A DNA stretch of 63,906 nt, the filler included, from Aduncisulcus paluster (taxonomy: Eukaryota): assembly GCA_024181965.1 (NCBI GenBank). It is 4 parts of 4 records of this genome, joined end to end, with 100 filler letters (N's around TTAATTAATTAA, not from the genome) between each part and the next. Parts side by side here need not be neighbours in the genome. Positions count along the whole stretch, not along the records: positions 42,286 to 56,075 come from BQXS01010797.1; 3 more parts are not named here. The stretch is one strand, 5' to 3'. The position numbers and the translations under genes are program-made. Below are positions 46,912 through 56,175 of the stretch, in pieces. Numbering within the stretch: the first letter of the stretch is position 1; each line of letters begins with the position of its first letter. Under the pieces are notes generated by a model. The model saw only the letters and a program-made list of their open reading frames with translations. It did not search any database and was not told the DNA's origin.

Positions 46912-49900
46912 ATTCTTTGACTATAAAACCTGAATTTATAAAGGAGGGCATAGGATCTTCTATTCCCATTACACGAGATAATCCGTTTGTCATACATCCT
47001 ACCTTAGAGGTTACGGGAAAAGACGAAGTAAGTTGTGTAGAATCTGAGCATCATAATCAAAGTTTACATGCACAAAAAATATTTAAAGAGGAAATTTATG
47101 ATAAAGAGTTATTATCCCATCTTTCCATCCCTTTTCCATCATCAATTACAGAGCCACTGCGTATGAAAGGTGCTTATATCTGTGTGAATAAGCTTGATAG
47201 TTCACCTCAACTTCTCTTTACTTTCACTGATTGTGATGGTAAGAAAACATCCAAGAAATACGAATTCAGAAGACCTGAATGTTTATTTGAATGGCACTTC
47301 CTTCCTATTGATTTGATAAATGTTGAATTGTGTGAGATTGAAGGGAAAGGAGAGTGGCTGGAGAAGAACAGTCGACGCTTTAAAATCAATTCCCTTGTTT
47401 TCATCAAAGGAGATTTTTGCCAATTCCCTCATTCAAAAGTATTTGATACAAGTGAAACTATTACTCGTTCAAAGCTTGTTAAATGCATTCGGGATCAGGA
47501 AAATGAAGATGAATTGGAGAGTATTATTTGGTATTCTCATGTTTTCGATAAGGATATTGTTTCTAATCTATTTGATTCGGAGCTTCTTGAAATGATCAGG
47601 AGGATTCCTCTCCCCGATCCTCGGCTCTATAATCCCTTCGTAGCTCCAGCTATCGATATATCCAAACAATTTTATCATCTTCGAATTATTGCTCATTCCG
47701 TTCAGACTGATATTCCAGTTGATGATATTATTGAATTGTATAGACATATTGGTTTTGGTGCGAGTCATAATCATCGAGTTCTGTTAATTGAGTTACCTCA
47801 AGGACATATTGTATATACATCTAATAGGAATTCTCAAGTTGAAAAAATTGATTGTTATCATGTTGCAGAAAGTATGAAATCTAATATTTTCACTCTCAAA
47901 GATTTCCAATCTGCTCTTGAAGATCCAGATCAGTTTGGTCTTGAGTTACTCTATCGTGGAATCATTGCAAAATATATCCCTGTGAATACCATTGAGTATT
48001 ATGAAGGTGAAGAAGAAGAAGAGGAAGAAGCTTCTAGTTTATTAGATCCCAGGATATTAGATCTATCAAAATATGGCGATGATGTTTGTTCTGCATTAAC
48101 CCTTAGCAATATAAGTAACTTTCAACAAGAATTTAATGGCAAGCGACTTATTGACTATGCTGCTTATTATGGTGATCTATTGGTGATTCGAGAACTTGTT
48201 CGTCATAAAGATTATAATTTTGATTCCGTAAATCGTGAACTTTCGTATATTTTTGATTCTAGGACAACTCCAGAAGGAATTCCTCTTGGGGCGTCACTTG
48301 ATAAAGATTCTGGATTAACCGCCATTGAATTTGCTATCAAAAGTCCTTTTCATGATTCAGCAGAAGTTATTTCTGAACTATTGCAACTACCTATGGATAA
48401 GGGTGCAAGCGATAAAATTAAAACATTTGTTAACAAATATATGAAATCTGATTTGAGTCTTCTTGGATTGGCTGTTGAGTGCGATAAAGCAAATATTGTA
48501 AAATATTTGCTGTTCAACCTTGGTGTTAATCCTTGCCAACCCATTCGTAGAGGTTGTTTTAAAACTCCTTTAGCCAGAGCTTTATCAAGAGAGAATGGCG
48601 AAGCATGTGCAAACTTATTGGTATCCGTGAAACATGATTGGCCTGTTGGTTTAAAATTGGATAAATATGATTGGCAAATTAAATTAACAAATCGTATTGA
48701 AGAATGTACAAAGCTTTTGCAGGGTAATATTGGAGAAGTTGAAACGGAAGAGGGAAATATCAATTTATTTGAGGAAATGAAAGAGTTGAATTGTGAGATT
48801 CGTAACCAAATGGATTTGCTGAAATCCTATAAAAAGTGGCGTGATGAATCAACCAAAAAAAGTACAATTCAAGAATACAACACTCAAATTAATTTTTTGG
48901 AAAAAGACATCGAGGAAATGAAACATAAGCTGGTCGAAATGAAATCCTCGATGGAACGTATGACAAACCGCATAAAAAATAAGATTGAAGCTAAAATGAA
49001 ATCCAAAGAAATTTTGCCCACTTGGAGATCCCTTGATAATCATTCTGCCGCATATGTTGCGTTCAAAGCGTATCAATTTAACATATATGCCTTTTTGAGA
49101 AGTAATCGTTATTTTCCACTTGAAGATGAGCGAAAAGATGGATCCATGTCGGTAGAATCTCTTGATGGTTTTGATCGGATGTTTCTAAAAAATTCATTTG
49201 CTGATAGATCTGTTCGCATGGATACATCCCTTGTAATGTTCTTACTCTCTAAAACACGTATTTTGCAAGAAGATAAAACTCTTTTTGATATTATGCGGTC
49301 AGCTTATGAAGATTTAAATGAAATTCCACTGATTCGTCCCATTATTCAAGTGCTTGAAGCTCATCATGGAAATCTGGATATTGTTGTTGATTTTGACAAT
49401 GATAATGTCGGTGAAGTTTCGGCTTCTTCTGCTGAAGATTCTATAGGTCTTGCAGATTATGATGATGGTCGTATATTTATTGCCGCAAATCGATTCCATC
49501 GTGAAAAATGGGATTATTCTCAAATGGTTGGAACAATTGCTCATGAACTTACTCACTTGGCAATGCAAGATGTTTTTCAAAATATTTATAAACCATATTC
49601 TGCCTCTTTTGAAATTGATTCAAGAGAAGATACCGTGGAAGAAAAAGAAATTGAATCTCGTATTCCAGAAGAATATCGAATTATAGATAAGATACCAAAA
49701 GGGTTAAAATATGCAATATATGAAGCATTTTTAAATTTATACTCAAAGAGCGAGGGAGAACAGCGTATTCCTTTCCATCTCCATTTTCCTGATACAATTC
49801 TTGGGAGAGTTTTTAGATGTTATACAGCAGATTTGTGGTTTCGTGAAATTATTGTACGTGTTCCAGAATTGTTGGCTACATTTGGACAGGGGGAGGGAAA

Positions 49901-50378
49901 GAAAAAACTTATAAATACTGCTCCCAAGTTATTATCATGGTTTATAAAACATGTAAAACCAAAATGTGATGAATATATTATTACAGAAAACAAAGGGACT
50001 TTATATGGAACTGACGCTCTTCCAGAGAAACAACTCTTTGCTTCATCAAGTATGATCCATGGTCATGATTATGCTTCTGTAATAAGTTCCATATTGGCCC
50101 CATTAACACCAAAAGACAAAGAAGTGGCTTCAATTTTGACACAACAAACCATTGCAGATAGAGAAGTTGATAGAGATAGAAAAGACTCACGAGATAGTTA
50201 TGATTTGATTCAAGTCAGTGATATTGTTCCTGATGAATTAGAAACTACTCCATCACATCCATCTTCCAACACATATCATTTTGATATGTTACTATTGGTT
50301 GTATTCATTATATATCTATTATTATCATTATATATTATTATTGAACAATGTTCAATCGGTTCGTGTTTCTATTTTTAG
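46902..50378 (+). CDS. Repeat unit 4 + ankyrin repeats + coiled coil + HExxH metallopeptidase-like domain + C-terminal TM helix
   Basis: Ankyrin-like segments GKRLIDYAAYYGDLLVIRELV, GLTAIEFAI, LLGLAVECDKANIVKYLL and TPLARAL. GTIAHELTHLAMQ at 49542-49556; hydrophobic tail LLLVVFIIYLLLSLYIII. Confidence 0.85.
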   Translation: MWVNSLTIKPEFIKEGIGSSIPITRDNPFVIHPTLEVTGKDEVSCVESEHHNQSLHAQKIFKEEIYDKELLSHLSIPFPSSITEPLRMKGAYICVNKLDSSPQLLFTFTDCDGKKTSKKYEFRRPECLFEWHFLPIDLINVELCEIEGKGEWLEKNSRRFKINSLVFIKGDFCQFPHSKVFDTSETITRSKLVKCIRDQENEDELESIIWYSHVFDKDIVSNLFDSELLEMIRRIPLPDPRLYNPFVAPAIDISKQFYHLRIIAHSVQTDIPVDDIIELYRHIGFGASHNHRVLLIELPQGHIVYTSNRNSQVEKIDCYHVAESMKSNIFTLKDFQSALEDPDQFGLELLYRGIIAKYIPVNTIEYYEGEEEEEEEASSLLDPRILDLSKYGDDVCSALTLSNISNFQQEFNGKRLIDYAAYYGDLLVIRELVRHKDYNFDSVNRELSYIFDSRTTPEGIPLGASLDKDSGLTAIEFAIKSPFHDSAEVISELLQLPMDKGASDKIKTFVNKYMKSDLSLLGLAVECDKANIVKYLLFNLGVNPCQPIRRGCFKTPLARALSRENGEACANLLVSVKHDWPVGLKLDKYDWQIKLTNRIEECTKLLQGNIGEVETEEGNINLFEEMKELNCEIRNQMDLLKSYKKWRDESTKKSTIQEYNTQINFLEKDIEEMKHKLVEMKSSMERMTNRIKNKIEAKMKSKEILPTWRSLDNHSAAYVAFKAYQFNIYAFLRSNRYFPLEDERKDGSMSVESLDGFDRMFLKNSFADRSVRMDTSLVMFLLSKTRILQEDKTLFDIMRSAYEDLNEIPLIRPIIQVLEAHHGNLDIVVDFDNDNVGEVSASSAEDSIGLADYDDGRIFIAANRFHREKWDYSQMVGTIAHELTHLAMQDVFQNIYKPYSASFEIDSREDTVEEKEIESRIPEEYRIIDKIPKGLKYAIYEAFLNLYSKSEGEQRIPFHLHFPDTILGRVFRCYTADLWFREIIVRVPELLATFGQGEGKKKLINTAPKLLSWFIKHVKPKCDEYIITENKGTLYGTDALPEKQLFASSSMIHGHDYASVISSILAPLTPKDKEVASILTQQTIADREVDRDRKDSRDSYDLIQVSDIVPDELETTPSHPSSNTYHFDMLLLVVFIIYLLLSLYIIIEQCSIGSCFYF

Positions 50379-50589
50379 ATTTATTACATTTTGGTTCCGC
50401 GTCATAGAGCATTGGACTCAATGAGAAAGCCCGAATACAAGATTGATTTTGTGATTTAGTTTCCGCTAATACAGTATTGTACAGTAATACCATTAATAAT
50501 GGTCCATTCCATTATCTGCTATAGTTCACTATAATATAAAATACATTTATTGCCTGGAAAGGGATACAAAACAACGAGCATTCATTCTT

Positions 50590-51030
50590 TCCACTACTTC
50601 TCTTCCTCTTCTTTCTTTTCTTCTCCAATTTCATCTGTCCCATATGTTCCTTGATCAAACATCGCTTCAACACCTCCACCTGTGCGTTCAATCAAATCAT
50701 ACATAGATTGTCTCAAAGATCTTTCCTCATGACTTCGTAATTGATGTCACGGCATACTTCTCACCAGATCCTTCATCAGCATTCATCTTGCTCAATTCAG
50801 CTTCACTCGGATCATTGGTGTCAAAAAGGTCACAATCAATTTCTTGAGAGAGGATTCGTCAAGTGTCAATTTAGAACAATCATTATTTTCATCATGATCA
50901 GCATCGCCGAAATCAGAAGACATACAAGCACATTCATGTTGGACAAATAAGGATAAACATTCGAAACAGAGCGTGAACAGGGCTCTATCAGATGTAAGAG
51001 CAGAGGATGAATCTCCAATGGAGCTTGGAA
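50590..51030 (-). pseudogene. Mosaic of decayed gene fragments
   Basis: Coding-like minus-strand pieces: LFTLCFECLSLFVQH...LIVTFLTPMIRV, then a frameshift to EAELSKMNADEG; separately LRSHEERSLRQSMYDLIER...EEKKEEEEK*. No proper starts. Confidence 0.45.
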
Positions 51031-51033
51031 AGA

Positions 51034-52015
51034 TCATAAAGATTATAAATTTGATTCCGTAAATTCTTATGGTGAAACCGCCATTGAGATTGCAATTATG
51101 AGACATGATTCTCCAGAAATTATTTCTGAACTATTGAAACTACCAATGGATAAGAGTGCAAGCGATGAAATTATGAGATTTGTTAACAAATATATGAAAT
51201 CTGGTTGGAGGCTTCTTGGTTTGGCTGTTCAGTGTGATAAAGCAAATATTGCACAGTATTTGCTGAAACTTGGTGCAAATCCTTGCGATAAAATTCATAA
51301 AGATGGTTCTGAAACTCCTTTAGCCAGAGCTTTATCAAGAGAGAATGGCGAGGCATGTGCAAACTTATTGGTATCCGTGAAACACGAATGGCCTGTTGGT
51401 TTAAAATTGGATAAGTACACGTGGCATAAAACCTTGAAAACGAAGATTGATGAATGTACAAAAATATTGGAAAAAGGAAAAGTTTATAAAATCGAGGAGA
51501 AAATGGACTCGGGGGATATTTTCCGTGATTGGAGATCACGTGATAATCAATCAGCTACATGTGTTGCTTTTAAAGCACATAACTTTGATATGTATGCCTA
51601 TTTGAGAACTCACCGTTATTCTCCTTCTGATACTGAACTACAAACAATGTTGATTGATAATGATGAAGATCGAAAAGCTCTTGCAAAAGCATTGTTGAAT
51701 CAATCTGAAAGTATCAATTCCTCTCTAATCTTGTTTATGCGCTCTAAAACACGTATTTTACAAAAGGGTGAGGTTTTTGAAAATGAACTGGAAAAAATTT
51801 ACCAAAAACTCGATAAGATTCCAATGATTCGCATTATCCTCCAAGTTCTTGAAGCTTATCCGGGGAAATTGGATGTAGTTGTTGATTTTGATCGCGATGT
51901 TGTTGATGAAATGACACCAACTGCTAAATCAAAAAAACATAGCAGGGTTCGAGGAAATGCATCCGTGACTACTAAGAACCAACCACACCACATCGCCCTC
52001 CGATGTGCTCATTAG
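51034..52015 (+). pseudogene. Paralog of the ankyrin region of 46902..50378, truncated at both ends
   Basis: DNA similarity begins abruptly at TCATAAAGATTATAA (51034 vs 48203), with an in-frame TGA upstream at 51008. Near-identical TPLARALSRENGEACANLLVSVKH; similarity ends ~51925, before HExxH. Confidence 0.75.
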
Positions 52016-52129
52016 TGAAAATATGATTTGTTAGAGTTCTCGACATTATATATCCAATGAATTTCACCTATACAAGATTATAATCTTGAAGATGATCATG
52101 ATTCATGAATATCCATTAATTTTATTTGT

Positions 52130-53242
52130 TTAATATAGACTTTTGCACCATGAGAATTCGTTCAGATTTGAATGTTTTATGAATCTTTTCATGTCTCTTT
52201 CTTTCATTACAATTGACCTCTTTTGCTGCCATTCTATTATCCAAACATATCTAAAACGTGTTTTTGTTGGTATTTTGACTGTAGAAACTGTTGGAAATGG
52301 AACAATCAACCCGAAAGAAGTTGTTTTCCCATCAATATTTGTACCTTTCTTTGTGATTGAAGCTGACTGGAGGCTTGGGTAACAAGAAGGAAGAGGAAGA
52401 ATGGAAATGTGACAGAAACAATGGAAAGAACGGTAACAAAATAAAAATATTGGGTCATTTTGAAGAAGATTAACCCTTTTGCCTTCCATCTCGGGTTCAA
52501 TTTCATCACTGTCTTCATCAACAAGATATCTTGGCACGTTCTTACGACATTTTTCATATCTCAAGGAACAAATATTAAATAATTTCTCCAATGATGTGAT
52601 TTCTTTCTTTCTATCACCATCTCGGCAGCACAAACATAGAATTCCACGATGCATCATTAATTGGAGAGTTTCAGTTGTCAAACACTCAACAAAGGAGGAA
52701 ATATAAGTAAAAACAAACGAAATATCGACTTTAATTTGTGATTGCGGGGAAATGGAAGGAGAAACTCGCTTACAACCGTGGGAATGATGAAACGAAGAAA
52801 AATCAATAGAATCTTCGGATAAACTAGTTTTCTTCTTTATCTTCCGTTTTTTTCTCATGATTTTCCGTTTCGTTATCGATAAAAATATTTTCTTGGACTC
52901 TTGACCATATTTGGAAATGTATTGAGATGAATCAAAGAAATCGGGATGAGAAACACAAGAACACTCTTCACAAACTGCTCTATCACAATCATAACAATAT
53001 TCAGAGGAGGAATCACAATGACAAAATGGATTTGACGGATTTATGGATGGGTTGCCATCAAAGTAATAATAGGAGAGTTCTGACCGAGCCATTTGAGGAG
53101 GAACATATTCTTTTTTGCAATGTTCAGAATTAAATGTTGAATATATAAATGATTTTTTCACTTTTGGTTGTTTTAAAACATCAATTAATTGAGATAATGA
53201 AGATATTGGTTTTGAAGGGACTGGTAAGTGAAAAAGAATCAT
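52130..53242 (-). CDS. Hypothetical protein with a Cys/His cluster (B-box-like)
   Basis: 370-aa ORF; CHC...YCYDCDRAVCEEC.C.SH followed by a basic NLS-like stretch. Confidence 0.6.
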   Translation of the reverse strand: MILFHLPVPSKPISSLSQLIDVLKQPKVKKSFIYSTFNSEHCKKEYVPPQMARSELSYYYFDGNPSINPSNPFCHCDSSSEYCYDCDRAVCEECSCVSHPDFFDSSQYISKYGQESKKIFLSITKRKIMRKKRKIKKKTSLSEDSIDFSSFHHSHGCKRVSPSISPQSQIKVDISFVFTYISSFVECLTTETLQLMMHRGILCLCCRDGDRKKEITSLEKLFNICSLRYEKCRKNVPRYLVDEDSDEIEPEMEGKRVNLLQNDPIFLFCYRSFHCFCHISILPLPSCYPSLQSASITKKGTNIDGKTTSFGLIVPFPTVSTVKIPTKTRFRYVWIIEWQQKRSIVMKERDMKRFIKHSNLNEFSWCKSLY

Positions 53243-53576
53243 TAAATATCCATAAAAGAAATAAAATAACTCCTACAAAACAAAGAAAAATGAACAACAC
53301 ATTTTAGAATTTCTTATTTCCACCAAACTCCAATTTGTCATAAATAATTGTGAAATATTGGCAATTTACTTTTAAAAGTGCTGTAAATTTAATATAATAA
53401 TAAAATTAAATGAATAGACAATTATTTTTGCCAAATATAATAAGTAGATCTTCAAGAAAACAAAATTATCAGAAAAAGACCTAAATTAACATAGAAATAA
53501 AACAATTACATGCATAAAAATCCTGTAAAAGTAATCCATTAAGTTATTTTGTTGTATGTAATCAAGTATCCATCAT

Positions 53577-55079
53577 TTACCAAATCTCGTTGATCCATCT
53601 CCTAATATAATCTTCTTCCGTGTGCCTGGCTTCTTGCAAAAGGAAAGAATCATCGTCAGTTGGTGTTACTAAATCACATGCATGACCAGCCTGGTACGAA
53701 AATACGACTTGAGAAGGTCTAAGATAGAAATCGTCAGTCTCAGTATAACCAGCTTCTATCCAGGGATCATCGTGACCATTGACAAAGCTTATCTTCTGTC
53801 CCTTTAATCCAACTCCACCAAACTCACGAATAGTTCTCGCTGCATCGGGGAAAGGACCGTTTTCACTGAACAAGGAACGATCAAGACCATAAATATAACT
53901 CACTCGGTCGAAATGTCCTTCTAAATCGACAGAATATGAACGGAGACTGGTTTCATCGAGATATGTCTGGTAATATGGTAATTGGGTAGCCTTTTGCCAC
54001 CACCAGCAACGACTACTGTCAGACTGAACGATGGTTGTATCAGCAAGATGCTCTTGGTTGTAATCTTGAGGATCAGGTGCAACAACGTTGAAGAAAACAT
54101 CATTCCACTCAACCATAACAGCATCTTGGTAATCGCTGTATGAATTGTAATCCTCAGGGAGAATGGTGGAAAAGCGATCACACAAAGATGATTGATTACC
54201 GTATTGGACAAGTCCGACGTGTGTATCGGCCATCATATAGAAAAAGTCAAACATATTCAAGTCATCAGCGTTATAATCGGCCTTACAATCGGGGTAAGTA
54301 TCTTCCAATCTGTATGTGCTCGCATGTATGGCATCAATACAATAATCGGGGATAACTTGCGTTAAATGGTGATCGAACTGCCAGAAATCAATGATAGGAT
54401 TAACGACAGCAGAGGAAGCAACAGTTCCTTTAACTAAATGGGGGAATTTGGTTTGGAAAAAGGCAACAAATGCCCCAGGATAGGAGGCTCCAAACATAAA
54501 AAATGGGATATCATCAGATCTTCCAGTTTCGTCGGCTAATTGGGCTTTCATTTGTTGAATGAAATTAGCGGTATCAACAAGAGCTTGATCGGTGGTGTGG
54601 TAGCGTAAATTATCGGTATCCCATATGTCAAATGGTTGACTGGCACCGTAAAATCTATGTTCGAGTGTGAGGACAAGGGCATTATACTCTTGGGCGAGCT
54701 CGATGGGGAAGAGACGGTAATCGGGGAAACCAGAACATCTAATACAAAAGAAAAGATAAAAAGACAGTTGTAGTTGAATATTTAGAAATAAAATAATTAA
54801 AAAAAGAAAATAATACAATAAATAATCAGATTATATAAGAGTTAAAACTAAAAAGGCACATGAGACATACTCATATTCTCCACATTGATATAAGAAAACT
54901 GGACCAGTATTGGGATCGAAATAATCTCTGATTTCGTAATAACGAGCGGTAAATTCGCGTCTATCAGAGGGTTTGAAATTATCCAGTTTGGCAGTGTAAG
55001 TATATTGGGTTTCGGTATAACATAAAGCTAACCCAAGGATAGAAAGAAGAATATATACTTGTAGAATATCAATCTTCAT
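53577..55079 (-). CDS. Serine peptidase family S28 (secreted/lysosomal)
   Basis: Signal peptide; exon 1 is 55079-54871, intron 54870-54739 (GTATGT...TAG) gives CGEYE|CSG. LEHRFYG.S.P, QAL.D, nucleophile GASYPG, NG..DPW and GHACD motifs. Confidence 0.94.
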
Positions 55080-55451
55080 TGAAAGTGATCAAGACGACAA
55101 AACCAATCCAACTTTTCAAGTCTTACTTTGATCACTTATTTATAAGATTATTATGAGTTAAAATTATATATTAGGCTATATATTGATATTTATTTTGCAA
55201 AATTAAATAAATATTTGATTATAAATATTATGGTAGTTTTAAAAATTATGATGAATTCATATTTTTCAATTTCAGTGACTAGAAACAAAATTGATTTATG
55301 ACCTCTGGATCAAACATATTGTCTATTTTTCTTGCATCGCAAATTGTATGTAATTAGTTAGGTTCTATTTTCTTTGTTTATTTCTTGATCTTTATTTTGT
55401 TTCAGACTTCTTACATTCCTTTTAACTGTTTGTTCTTTGTTTAGATTAAGT

Positions 55452-55871
55452 ATGGCTCGTACTAAACAAACTGCTCGTAAGAACGCCGGTAAGGCCCCAC
55501 GTAAGCAAATCGCTGTTAAGGCTGCCCGTAAGACCAGCACCACCGCTGCTGGTGTTAAGGGAGGTTCCACTGGAGGTCTCTCTCGTAAGTTCAAGCCCGG
55601 TACCGTGGCTATCCGTGAGATCAAGAAGTTCCAGAAATCTACTGACCTTTTGATGCGTAAGGCTCCTTTCCAACGTCTTGTCCGTGCTATCGCTGTTGGT
55701 ATCCGTTCCGATCTTCGTTTCCAGGCTCAGGCTTTGGCCGCTCTTCAAGAGGCCTCTGAGTCCTACCTTGTTTCTATGTTCGAGGACACCAACCTTTGTG
55801 CTCTCCACACTAACCGTGTTACCATCATGGACAAGGATGTCGATTTGGCTCGTCGTCTTTCCCACAAGTAA
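55452..55871 (+). CDS. H3: Histone H3, divergent (139 aa)
   Basis: [10 protein letters not shown]...PGTVA.REI...PFQRLVR...DLRFQ...EDTNLCA.H..RVTIM. Strong codon bias; probable 5'-UTR intron starting at GTATGT 55346. Confidence 0.97.
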   Translation: MARTKQTARKNAGKAPRKQIAVKAARKTSTTAAGVKGGSTGGLSRKFKPGTVAIREIKKFQKSTDLLMRKAPFQRLVRAIAVGIRSDLRFQAQALAALQEASESYLVSMFEDTNLCALHTNRVTIMDKDVDLARRLSHK

Positions 55872-55934
55872 GCTCATCTAATATGTTGATCCTTTAATTT
55901 GTGGCCATATTTAATTAACCCTTTTTCTTTAAGA

Positions 55935-55950
55935 AGTGTTTATTAACACT
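55935..55950 (+). promoter_or_regulatory. Candidate histone 3' stem-loop (6-bp stem, 4-nt loop)
   Basis: AGTGTT-TATT-AACACT, 64 nt after the H3 stop. Confidence 0.35.
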
Positions 55951-56075
55951 AACTTCATTATTTAAGTTGAAATGGTTCTACCTTAAACAGTGTCAGTCAA
56001 ACTACAATGTGTATGGGTTTTTTTGTGATAAAATTATTTAAATAATATTTCTCCTGTATCTCCTGTTATTGAATA

Positions 56076-56175
56076 NNNNNNNNNNNNNNNNNNNNNNNNN
56101 NNNNNNNNNNNNNNNNNNNTTAATTAATTAANNNNNNNNNNNNNNNNNNNNNNNNNNNNNNNNNNNNNNNNNNNN
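56076..56175. other. Artificial scaffold linker
   Basis: N44-TTAATTAATTAA-N44. Confidence 0.98.

Noticed and set aside
48724-48983. Coiled-coil insert as an unspliced intron (GTAATA...AAG)
   Set aside because: The donor does not match GTATG, it is twice the local intron size, and it is stop-free with heptad-like coding composition.
55452-55871. H3 as CenH3/CENP-A
   Set aside because: Canonical loop-1 length, Q68/F84/T107 and ARTKQTARK tail.
55446-55877. 143-aa antisense ORF over H3
   Set aside because: A typical by-product of strong codon bias.
21413-56175. Three TTAATTAATTAA palindromes in N runs as a biological repeat
   Set aside because: They are identical 100-nt artificial linkers; genes on either side are not neighbours.
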